A stretch of DNA of 63,804 nucleotides, filler included, from Guillardia theta CCMP2712 (Eukaryota > Protista > Cryptophyta): the NCBI RefSeq assembly GCF_000315625.1. It is 6 parts of 6 records of this genome, joined end to end, with 100 filler letters (N's around TTAATTAATTAA, not from the genome) between each part and the next. Parts side by side here need not be neighbours in the genome. Positions count along the whole stretch, not along the records: positions 23,781 to 53,528 come from NW_005434628.1; 5 more parts are not named here. The stretch is one strand, 5' to 3'. Under the pieces are notes generated by a model. The model was not told the origin of the DNA. It did not search any database and saw only the letters and a list, made by a program, of their open reading frames with translations. A program made the translations under genes and the position numbers. Of the stretch, positions 36,044 through 46,478 are shown one piece after another. Within the stretch, counting starts at the first letter, position 1; each line of letters starts with the position of its first letter.

Positions 36044-37330
36044 TCACTTACGCATAGATGTGATATATGATCCTTTCCCCTGTGATAATTCAGACGTTAA
36101 TTTATGAAATCTTACCATTGCTCTCACCTCCATCACATCTGAAACCCACTCGCCGTCATATGCGTGTCCCTTCCAGGGGCCATCCCCCCACTGAAACCTG
36201 CCATGCTGAACCAGAAGATGAGGGAGGCAAGACACGGGAGAGACAGGGGGCTCTCTTACTCCGTGCTTCTTGTCGTTGTCGAACATTCCCTCGTACTTGT
36301 CGCCGTTTGCCAAGACTAGCAATCCATGACCTACCAAGCTTGTCATTCGCAACGAGAGCCTCAGCTATTTCTTGGAACATGTTCAAGTCTGACTCCTTCT
36401 CCTACACTATCCTGACCTCCTGCACTCTCTTCTCACCGTGCCTATGGTCGTTCTTCCATGATCCCGTGTAGGTGCTTCCGTTTGCCCACGTCAGTGTGCC
36501 ACGCCCCTCACGGACTCCTTCCTTCCAGTCGCCGGTGTAGACGTTGCTGGCGTTCATGCCAGAGTTTTCACCCCACCTGATCAAGGTGTTACCGGGAACC
36601 AGACGATGGATATCTCTACGTGAATGTTCCTTGCCCGTGCTGAAGTCCATGAGCCCAGTCACCCTGCGCAAACAAACGAACTTGAGACTGCCCGACAAAA
36701 TAAGCAAACAATACCTCGTAAGAATCTCCGTTGGCCCACATCTGCTTCCCTTTGCCATGTTTCACGTTGTGTCTGAAGCCTCCCTCGTATCTTATCATCA
36801 TGTTAGAGACGAGAGAGCACACACGTGACGCACTTATCGCCTTGGGGAGTGCAAAACTTTCCTATTCCTTCCTGAACATCCTGGGAGCAAGCCTCGTCAG
36901 GGGTTATCCAGCAGACAGTGTAGTAAGATACATCAAGCCAGTCGCCCTCATACGTGTCACCATTAGCCCAGGTGAACTTGCCATATCCATGTCTTCTCCC
37001 TGCCTTGAACGCGCCATCGTATCTGCACCCTCAGTCATCTGTGTTGGCCGAGCGGCTTTCACGCCCTACCTTGCCCCATCTTGTACTGTCCATGCCTCGT
37101 GTGCAGGAGAAGGAGGAGTCTCGCTTTGAGGAGGAGGAGGAGGAGGAGGAGGAGCCTCTTCAGGCTCGATGACAGTACCTTTCGCTGACTTCTTTCCACG
37201 CAAGCAAGAGCTAAAGCAGCCCATCGCAACGGCTTGTTGAGTTGAACTTGAGGAGAATTCAAATGTCTCTGACTAGAAGCAACGCCTGCTCAACTAAGTG
37301 CAGTAGTGTATCTCCTACGAGCTCTTCGTA
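36044..37330 (-). CDS. MORN-repeat protein, multi-exon (start uncertain)
   Basis: Repeated Y.G.W/F....HG.G...W.NG..Y units, e.g. YDGAFKAGRRHGYGKFTWANGDTYEGDW, YEGGFRHNVKHGKGKQMWANGDSY and YTGDWKEGVREGRGTLTWANGSTY. Confidence 0.85.
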
Positions 37331-37799
37331 TGCTTGCCTTCTTCTCCCTCCCTCACTTCCCGTCCCTCGTCCAACTTGCAGTCCACATTGTGCTTCGACC
37401 GTTGGAACCAACAGGACCACCCTAAACCCCAAATGAAGATACCAGTAAAGCCTTTGAGCTTTCCAAAAACACTTCAAACTTTTGTTATTTGAAAGTTTTC
37501 ACTCAAATTTGTTTACTCAACTCTGTTGAGTAAACGAAGGTGTTTAAAAAATGAAAAGTGGCCGGGTGCTGCCTTCGATCTGATTTTGACTAGAAGTTTT
37601 ACTCAACAGTGCACATGTTAGTACCACTTCCACGGGGGTGGACCACCGGGGGTGGTATAGGAATTTCAAAAGGATGATGTAGGGGTACTGAAAGGGGATT
37701 GGGCATGGGTGGGTAGGAGTGTGGAGAAGGGGTGGGGTCATCATGTAATTCGAAGAGACACTCGCGCCTCTTAGAAGATGCAGGAAAATGACGAAGCGC

Positions 37800-37867
37800 G
37801 AGAACGATGATGATGGATGGGATGTGAATTGAGAACGATGATGATGGATGGGATGTGAATTGAGAAC
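37800..37867. repeat. 31-bp tandem duplication
   Basis: gagaacgatgatgatggatgggatgtgaatt occurs twice, followed by gagaac. Confidence 0.8.
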
Positions 37868-38388
37868 ACGCACGGTTGATGTGACAGTGCAGGACAATAG
37901 GGCTGCATGATAAGAGGATATCGTGCGTAGAGAGTTGGATAGATGGAACGGCAACGAGAATTTGGGGGTTAGACTTTGTTTATCAGTGCAGGCTGGATGT
38001 ATGTTGAAAACTTTGATTAGGCGGAAGGGCAGGAGTGTTGGGGTTAACTACTGATACGAGCTCCTCTTCCTTCTGATTGTTGGCTTACATGTGTGACTCG
38101 AGTTTAGCGTGAGGAGAGATGAAATATTTCTAGACGTTTCGAAGTGAGATCAGTTTGCTCTTAAGACTGACTCTCCCGGCAATCGCACAAACGCAAAATG
38201 GCCTGAGCAAGCTTGAAGGATATTACAGATTCATTTTTTTCTTTAGATCTGCATGTTGTCAGAGGGAAACAAAGTTTTGTAGTTGGGTTCTTGATAGTTC
38301 GAAGAGCTTGCCTTCAGAGAAGTGCAGAGAGCAGTCCATCAACGTCTACGTTTCAATGTCTAAGTGATAGTGTCTGATTAGTTGCAGG

Positions 38389-38668
38389 ATGTTTTTCGGA
38401 TTCAACGTGTTTGATCCAAGCCACTCTCCCGCGGTCAACGCGCACCAGGAGTCATACAACTCCGGCTTCACGTCCAGCGCTGTAAGCATGTTCCTCTCCT
38501 TCCCCTCCTCTCACCTCGCGTCCTCAGCTGGGTCAGAAGAAGTCCAAGTGGGGCGCTGCTAGTGGCAGCAAGAGCCTGGCTCAGTCCATGAGGTGAGAGA
38601 TGGGAGGGCGTGAGGGAGGTAACGCTGGTGTCAGGGTGTTCGACGAGTCCTTCAAGGGAGCTTACTAG
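38389..38668 (+). CDS. 63-aa microprotein with three coding exons (38389-38481, 38528-38592, 38635-38668)
   Basis: Canonical GTAAGC..CAG (46 nt) and GTGAGA..CAG (42 nt) introns join in frame to give MFFGFNVFDPSHSPAVNAHQESYNSGFTSSALGQKKSKWGAASGSKSLAQSMRVFDESFKGAY*. AATAAA at 38764. A probable 5' UTR intron ends at 38387. Confidence 0.7.
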
Positions 38669-38779
38669 GGGGTATTGTTTCGATTCCTCTTCTCGAGGAT
38701 CTCTTCACGTGGCTGCTCTGAGGCGGTTTTCCCGCGCTTGTTGCGTTTCAAGTGTTGACATGCAATAAAGTTTGCTAAC

Positions 38780-40254
38780 TGCTATGATGCCGCGCTTCCG
38801 CTCATCGTTCTCGCCATCAGCTTGCTCTGCAACTTGATCCGGTCATGTGATGTCATGGAAGTTGCTCTGCCAGCCTTTTACAAGTCCGTCAAGCTCGCAA
38901 GTCAGTCCTCACTCTGAAGGTGTCGCAGCAGATCTCAGCCTTTCCGACTTGTCGTTGGGTCTCTTAGCCTTCTTGGCTCCATCTCGCGACCCTCTGCGTT
39001 CAGTCAACCCTCATCTCCCTCCTCCTGCTCTCACCCTGTCTGTGTCTGCGACCTCCCTGCGGGCGTGTTAGGCCTCAACTTCACCAAGTAGAGCGAGTCT
39101 TCGCCTCTGCGAACATTCTGACGAATGCACATCAGAGAGCCGGCAGCACAAGTCTTGGAGGAGAGTCATGAGAGGAAGCAAAATCACCGGATTGAACAAG
39201 GTTGAACCGCAGGTGTCAACCTGGGTGCCATCTTCCACCTCGAGGAGAAAGTCACCGCGGACAGCAAGTTCCTGCTCCCATATCAGTCGCAGCAGGCAAC
39301 GACGAGGATCTCACAGTCGAGATAAGGAGCTTGACCTCATGGGGAGAGAGATCCCCAGGGATGGAAACCTCGCCCAGGAGCTGATAGAAGCTCAGCACAA
39401 GTTTCCCATCATCTCGCATCGTCTTCTCACGTCGTCTGGCTTGCCTTGCGCTCGCGACCAGCTGAGGCATCTCTTAGTCGAGGGCAGCCAAAGGAACCAA
39501 AGCGGACATGAGGAAGTTCCTTGAGGTGGAGCAGCCGCTGGGAAGCTGCTGGAGAGGATTGTGAGGCAACAGCACTGGCGTCTCCTCTGGGCGGTAGACG
39601 ATCGCGTACAGTGACTGCAGGTCTCGCATCAGCACGAGCTCGCATGACTCGCTAGGCCTACCGGCGGAGGCATCGCGTCGTCGCTGACCCTCCATTCCCA
39701 CACTCCCTCGCGTCCGACCCTCCGCCTCCTCGCCACGTGAAGTTTGTCGTGACGTTTGAGATGGCGGCGAAGCGACCTGCTCCAACTGTAGGAGGATCGT
39801 CGAAGAGTGTGAAGGTTTGAATCTTCTGCGAAGGAGGTCAAGGCAGGCCAGCAGGAGCAGGAGTCACTTGTCTCTTGCGACTCCAAGAAGATCTGTGTCG
39901 TCCCGTCACTGCAGCCACAGCAGGATGGCTTACCTTGAGCTCCTCCTCATCCTTGAAACTCACTCTGATCGCCTCCCCCCTGGCAGTGCTCTCAGACTTG
40001 TCTCCCCTCATCCTCCCTTACTTGTCTCCGCATAGGGGATTCAAGCATCCCATCAAAGCAGCATCACCAGTTGCCGGTAGCCCATGCACATCACAACCGA
40101 CATCGGCCATGCATCCCTTGCACCTCCAAGCAAAAAAGCTCCTCGCGCAATTCCTTGCTTCTCCCACTTGCACCCCATTGATGCCATCCTGCACATGCCC
40201 ATCTTTTGGAGTCGCGACTGTAAGCACCTCGAACCCTTGTGATTCTGTGTCCAT
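38780..40254 (-). CDS. Hypothetical multi-exon protein
   Basis: Starts MDTESQGFEVLTVATPKDG. Exon fragments CELVLMRDLQSLYAIVYRPEETPVLLPHNPL and RDDGKLVLSFYQLLGEVSIP. No family recognised and the end is uncertain. Confidence 0.35.
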
Positions 40255-40799
40255 TGTATCTGCAACAGTAAGACTTGAATTGGTAGGTGAAAGCCCTGCG
40301 TAGGGCCACTTTCTTCACCCCTGTACATGCTAATTCCAACATTTACAACAACTCTTCATACCTCAATCGAATTGTCCCCTCCACTCCTCTCCTCTCCTCT
40401 CCTCTCCTCTCCTCTCCTCTCCTCTCCTCCTCGCCCTCCCCTCCCTCCCTCTCCCCTCCTCTCGCCTCTTCTCCTACCCTCAACTCTCCCCTCCCCAAAC
40501 CTCCCCTCCCCTCCCCTCCCCTCCCCTCCCCCCCCTCTCCCCTCCCCTCCTCTCCCCTCCCCTCGCTGTCTCCATCCATTTTGACTACCTGGGCGGTCTG
40601 GTGTCGCTTGGTCCCACTGATCGGACCGTACGAGCAGGCTGGCCGGGCCGCGGCACTCGGGGGCCGCTCTGCCGGGCCGGGGGTCAGGTGCCACGGTGAG
40701 TGACTGGCCGGGCCGGCGCCGTGATCGACTTCCCGGGCGACTCGCCGGGCCGCCTGTAGGCCTGAGAAACCGTGGGCGCGTCTCACTCAGTGGATTTGG

Positions 40800-41515
40800 T
40801 TCGCCGGCCAATGTGGTAGGACAGCACAGCGATGCTGGTAGAGTATGAGGGTTCGTCTCTCTGTCTTTCTGGTCCATCCGTCGAGTCGCTTGATGAGGCA
40901 ACAAGAGTCAGCTAGCGGCAGTTCACCCGTACGTCTCCGATGCTCCTTTATCTTACGCTTTATGCCTGACGAGTCTATTTCTCGGAAGGAGGGCCCAAAC
41001 CGCTGGCACCTTCCGCCGGAGTCCGCCGGATGGTGAAGAAGTTGAAGAAGCCTCCCGGGCCGGATGGGCCCTGAGTCAGTGAGTCACGGAGCCTCTCCGG
41101 GCCGTGCAGTGCCTTCAAGAGTCGGATGACCGTGCCTGGAGCCTTGGAGTGTCTTCTCAGACTGTTGCGGGCACGTCACGACCTCGCTCGCGCCTTCTCT
41201 TCTAGGATCTTCTCCGCATGCTCCACCAATGGCTGGAACATCCGCTCCAAATCCCTTCCCAGCGCCTCCAGTCGCTGCATCCCTTGCTTCGACTTCTGCA
41301 TCCCCAAGATCGTCGCCCCCTGCCCCCTCCCTGTCAGTCCCTCCCCTCTCCCTCTGACTCACTCTCTGCCTCCTCACCGCAAACATGTCCGCCTCGAAGT
41401 CGTTCAGCAATGTATCGTAGTCTCTTCCCCCGCACATGTGCTTCTCGAACAAGGCCGAGGGACTGCCCGCGGGCTCTTTGGAGGCAATGAAGCTGTCCTT
41501 GTCCACCTGCGGCAT
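40800..41515 (-). CDS. Small hypothetical multi-exon protein
   Basis: MPQVDKDSF...RDYDTLLNDFEADMFA splices to an amphipathic helix, MQRLEALGRDLERMFQPLVEHAEKILEEK. The end is uncertain. Confidence 0.4.
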
Positions 41516-41794
41516 TCTCTCCCGTCAGCCCCTTCCATCTACTCCCTCCCACCTCATCTCAAGTTTCTTTCGTTCATCCATTTCTGATCCTTTTCGTCTG
41601 CATCCATCCCAATTCATCGCTTGTCTCTCATCTCCCCAACTCTCCCTTTTGTTCCTTTTGTTGCCCAATTTTACCTTTCCTCTCCCTCACTGCTACAACT
41701 TGTAGACACTCTACCCCTCCTCTCCCCTCCCCCTCCCTGTTCCTTTCTCCGCATTCAACTCTGTCTCTGTCGCATTGCAAGACATCATTGATGA

Positions 41795-42907
41795 TTATCT
41801 TTCCTCCCTCCGATCCCCCCCCCTCTCTTTCGCCTCATCTCTCCACGCACTCACTGGAAGCACGTATGACTTCATCGCCTTCACCCGCCCATGACAGTCG
41901 AACTCCTGTTGCTGCACAAACTTCGCCAACAAGCAGCTCGTATCACCATGTTTGTCTCCCAGGTTTCGCACACGAATGGGGAGAACCAGGGGCTGTCCTG
42001 GGCTCGTCGCGTACAACCACGTCCCGAACATCACGTAGCAGAAGTACTCAAACTCCGTCGTGACCAGTGACAGCTCCCTGTTCGCGATCCTCGCCAGTAC
42101 CTCCTCCGCGTGCAGTCCGACGATCTTGCACAGAGTATCCGATATGTACACGTGCGCTCGCTTCCCCGTAGACGGATGCAGATGCTGCTTGACCGTCCCG
42201 AAGCTCTGATCCCTGTAGAACGCTCGCTCAAGCTCCAGATCTTGCTCCGACACTGTCTCGCTCTCCATCAGCAGCTGCCGCTGCAGCCCTCGACCTTGCT
42301 TCTCTACCAGGTCCGCCACGAGGATCTCGATCGCGTGCAGTGCCCGTCGGGTCACCTGCTGCAGATGCCCAGGAAGCGAGACGAAGATGTTCATCAGCTC
42401 CTGCGAGCTGAAGCCGAACTCCCAGTGCCTCGCCAGCACTCGATCTGGCCAGCCCATGGAGTTCATGTGGTCCCGCAGCAGCGACGGCTTGTCGAAGGAC
42501 AGGCTTCGGATCCAGAAGTCAAGCGGCTTTTCTATCTCCACATTCTGCCAACCATGTGGGTCTACAGCTCCCGCATGTGGTTTCATCCATACTTGCATAG
42601 CCTCTTCTTCTGCTCCTCCACCTCGTTCACCCTGCCGTGAGTGCAGCACATTCATGCTCGGAGATGTTGACTCTGACTCGTCGTCGCACTCCTCCACCTC
42701 AAGGCCCTCCTCGTTGTCCAACGTGTTCACCCGCATCAGCCGCAGCTCGTCATACGTACATGCAGAATCTCGCTTCAGGCGCTTGCAGCGAGAGCAAGGA
42801 CGAGCTTCGTCGCACTTTGCCTTCGCCTTCTTGCAAACTGTACAAGAGTTGGAGCCTCTAAGCCTCAAGACCTTCTCCTCCTGCACTCTGATACAGCTTG
42901 CTTCCAT
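41795..42907 (-). CDS. Zn(II)2Cys6 binuclear-cluster transcription factor
   Basis: CTVCKKAKAKCDEARPCSRCKRLKRDSAC matches Cx2Cx6Cx5Cx2Cx8C near the N-terminus. A short last exon is likely after the GTGAGT donor near 41853. Confidence 0.85.
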   Translation of the reverse strand: MEASCIRVQEEKVLRLRGSNSCTVCKKAKAKCDEARPCSRCKRLKRDSACTYDELRLMRVNTLDNEEGLEVEECDDESESTSPSMNVLHSRQGERGGGAEEEAMQVWMKPHAGAVDPHGWQNVEIEKPLDFWIRSLSFDKPSLLRDHMNSMGWPDRVLARHWEFGFSSQELMNIFVSLPGHLQQVTRRALHAIEILVADLVEKQGRGLQRQLLMESETVSEQDLELERAFYRDQSFGTVKQHLHPSTGKRAHVYISDTLCKIVGLHAEEVLARIANRELSLVTTEFEYFCYVMFGTWLYATSPGQPLVLPIRVRNLGDKHGDTSCLLAKFVQQQEFDCHGRVKAMKSYVLPVSAWRDEAKERGGDRREER

Positions 42908-43402
42908 GTGCAGCCGGGTACATCTGATGATGAAACATCACATCAGTGGGCAAGAGATGTAGAGTTTTGACAGCGAAAATTGCAGGATGAAAACTGACAA
43001 ACGATTACATCGGGAGAGATACAAGAAAATTGATCACGAAGGAAACGAAGAACAGGAGGGTGCCACGGTGCAGGAGTGACTTTTTATGGTGTGCTCTTGC
43101 TCACCGCGTGCAAGGTTGGAAAATGTCACATTTTAGCCTCGAGTCCTTGCAGGCCTTACAGGCCATCCGGATCCTCTTCATGCTCCTGCCAAGCACATCG
43201 AAGCGTCAGTAAATAGGTTAGGGGTCAGTGAGACACATTTGAATGTGTTCGGTTGTTTTTGACAACTGAACAGAGCTGGCCCAACACACTAACTCAGTTC
43301 AGAACTTTTGAGTTTGTGACTGACTCAATACTTTGTGCATGCGTATGCAGTAGGCGGTAAGGTCCAAGTTGTTGTTGACTGCAATGGTGGTGGTAATGGC
43401 GG

Positions 43403-43678
43403 TGGTGCAGGTGCAGGTGCAGGTGCAGGTGCAGGTGCAGGTGCAGGTGCAGGAGCAGGAGCAGGAGCAGGAGAGAGGGGAGAGGGGGGAGGGAGAGGGA
43501 GAGGGAGAGGTAGAGGTAGAGGTAGAGGTAGAGGTAGAGGGAGAGGGAGAGGGAGAGGGAGAGGTAGAGGTAGAGGTAGAGGTAGAGGTAGAGGGAGAGA
43601 GAGAGGGAGAGGGAGAGGGAGAGAGAGAGAGGGAGAGGGAGAGGGAGCTGGAGCAGGAGCAGGAGCAGGAGCAGGAGG
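43403..43678. repeat. Compound hexamer microsatellite: (GGTGCA)n, (GGAGCA)n, (GAGGGA/GAGGTA)n, (GGAGCA)n
   Basis: Seen directly. Confidence 0.85.
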
Positions 43679-44312
43679 ACCCGCCTCGGCATCTGGTTAA
43701 ATCTTTAAGTTGAGAAAAGTTTAAACTATTTCATGAAATTGTGAGTGAAAGTTTGAAATAATGATTAATGCTCGTCTCTACTTTCAATGTGGAGCATCCT
43801 TCGATTGTGTTCTTCAAAAGAAAAGCATCCCCGATTATTATTTAAATAGTATTTATAGAGCCTCGTGACTGATGACTTAACTTTGAGCAAAGTAAGTTTA
43901 ACTGAACTTTTGAGTAAAGCGATTCTTTATCGACCTTACAAGTTAAATTCCATAACTTTAACCGGCGCAATGCCGGGGCAACCGCCGGCGCCGGCAAAGT
44001 GTTTTGAATAATTCTAGTCTCTTAATTATGGTCAGTGTGAGGGGTCATGTATAGATAATCCTTGGGTATTGAAGGGGTGGTGGGTACCCTATCAATTTTA
44101 ATCGTTCCATTAGATGAATTTATCCGGCAAAATCACCCCTTAATATTCCTGGCTATTCTCCGAAAAGATTGGGGTGGGTACATGTTTGAGTCATCAATCA
44201 GGGGCGCCGGCCTTTTTGAGAAACACTACTGATCAGCAATATTACTGGGGGGGACCCCACCCTCCTCCGGGATACCCTGACAAGCCGCCAGCCGCATCGC
44301 ATCCTTCCTGGC

Positions 44313-46478
44313 ATGTCATCGTCGAGCCATGTTTGCTTGTTTGGAACAGAATGCAAGATACCTCCGGCAGAATTAGGAGATAGTACTCTCATCCAGTGCA
44401 CGGCTTGCTCGAAATACTTTCATCACCTTTGCGCTAACCAAATCAATGGTTATGAAGATTGGAGTTGGTGTGGATGCGAACTGCCACTCGCGTCTGGAAG
44501 AGAGAAGGAGCTTGAAGAAAGACACAATGCAGATGCTGGTGCTGTTCCAGCAGTTCCTATCGGAGAGAGTCCAGCACTCTCCGATGCTGGGAGTGATAGA
44601 TCTGATTCTGCAAGTTTGAACGATGCCCCTGCAAGCAGTCAAAATTGGAGGAAGGTAACTGCGGATGTAAAGAACAGGATTTTATCCCAAGGTTCCAAGA
44701 CCAGGTTGGTGATAACGACAAGCTATTTCCTGGTATTTTGAAATGGTTCATTCAATGGGGATCAGTCTCACATATGCACAGGTACGAATCAGTATCATAG
44801 ATTTCTGATGTCTTTCCACCGAACTATGTCGGTACCAGCACAAGGCGACGGTGAAGAGTCGGAGGCAGCCAGGAGCTCAACGGATTTGTTATCGTGCCGG
44901 AGGAGAGTGTGTATAGAAATGGAAAGGCTGGGGATCAAAGCTGATGAGATAGGAACACATTCTGTAAGGAAGGTGAATAAGCCAAGTTTGTGGTGAATAG
45001 TGACTCGAGCTTACTTCCGGTATAGGGCGCTGCCACCTTCTGTGCAAGTGGAAGTACCCAATGCTCACCTGTAGTGGCACTTACAGGAACAGCTGGGTGG
45101 GCAAATGGAGGGGTTTATGATCGATACTTCAAGTTCGAGGCAGCAGGTAGAATTTTGCTAAGTTAGTGACATTTGAAATGAGTTATATGCTCGCAGGGGA
45201 TGCTTTTGTTGGAAGGACAGCGGCAGGATTGCGCATCGATTCTGAAGAATTTGCTATCCTTCCACCTCACTTTGGTCCTCAGCAAGACAGTTATGTCAGC
45301 GACGCAGTTCAATCGTGCTTCCCACACATCAGGCAGGAATTTCGAGGTGTAGCAGAACATGCTCTCGCGAGCTTGGTTTATCATTGGGACTATTTGAAGA
45401 CTCGATTAGACGAGCATCACCTGATGTGGAGCTGTGCATTGGTTCGAACAGAAGGGATGCTGGATGAATTGAAGCGTCGAGTGAAGTGTGGGTTGCCTGG
45501 TGACCCGGGCATCGAAATGAGAAGTACTGGTTGCCCCCCTCATGTCATGCAGAACTTGCATTACAAGATGATTGCACAGGAGGTCAGACGACTCAAGGAG
45601 GAAATAAGCAAAATGAAGAAACGCCTCAGGAAGATTGACGGAAATGTTCGTGCTACCAAACGTCGCCGTCAAACTCACAGCGATATAGAAGAGGAAAGTG
45701 AGTTGCAAGGAATTGACAGTGGCGACAGTGACAGTGGCAGTGACAGTGGCAGTGGCAGTGGCAGTGGCAGTGGCAGTGGCAGTGGCAGTGGCAGTGGCAG
45801 TGAGCGAGCTGCCGCGATGATGGGGGACGATGTTCGCCATCGCCAGATAATGAAGGCCTTCGATAGGATGGATAAAAAGATCGACAACATGATGGGGCGG
45901 GGTATGACAAATAATTTTACCAGATCTCCTGAGCATCAACAGGCAAATGAAGATACGATGACGGGGCGGGATGGCTCCGCAAGTGAGGATGAACATTCTG
46001 CACATGACATGGGAATTTCAACTTGGAAAGATGCAAACGTGTCACCGGGTTTCAACGTCACCAAACATTTTGGAACGTGGGAGAACGCATGGATTGCATG
46101 GCATTTTGGTGACACTGTGAAGAAACATCCTGCTTTGAAGGAATTGAGCAGAGCGCATATGGAAACCAAAGAAGAAGGAAGGAGATTTAGCGACTTGACC
46201 GTTCTTGTCGAAATTTTTGAAAGGTTCGTGAGGAGGGAAATCATGGAATCAGAGAACAGAGTGATGCAGAACTTGAACGGTGGAGAAGTTTTGTAGCAAG
46301 GCCAACACTGGCTGAAGCTCAACATTGGTTCAAAACATATGACAAAGGCTTTTTCAAATTGGTGAGTTCTAAGTCGAAGGCACGTACGAGGAGACAAGGA
46401 CAATTGAAATGGACAACTTATGTTAGAAAAATGCGACAATGGAAGAAAAGTGATCTCAATGCATTTTTAAATCGTTGA
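44313..46478 (+). mobile_element. Crypton-type tyrosine-recombinase DNA transposon (CryptonS-like) with an N-terminal PHD-like finger; internally deleted and frameshifted
   Basis: After splicing (introns 44733-44781, 44973-45025, 45147-45196) it reads KLFPGTNQYHRF...EIGTHSVRKGAATFCASGST...AGWANGGVYDRYFKFEAAGDAFVGRTAAGL...FAILPPHF, which carries the HxxR, W and Y catalytic positions. C-terminal AWIAWHFGD..HPALK, then RRQGQLKWTTYV after a frameshift near 46240-46290. Element ends not defined. Confidence 0.8.
45717..45801 (+). repeat. (GGCAGT)n in-frame repeat encoding poly(GS) inside the Crypton ORF
   Basis: Seen directly. Confidence 0.85.

Noticed and set aside
1-37330. Ciliary gene cluster (CEP104, IFT144, MORN protein)
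   Set aside because: The genes are far apart with unrelated genes between them, and ciliary genes are numerous in flagellates, so chance explains it.
43294-43713. RG/GA/VQ-repeat ORFs resembling an RGG RNA-binding protein
   Set aside because: These are translations of a compound hexamer microsatellite that is open in several frames.
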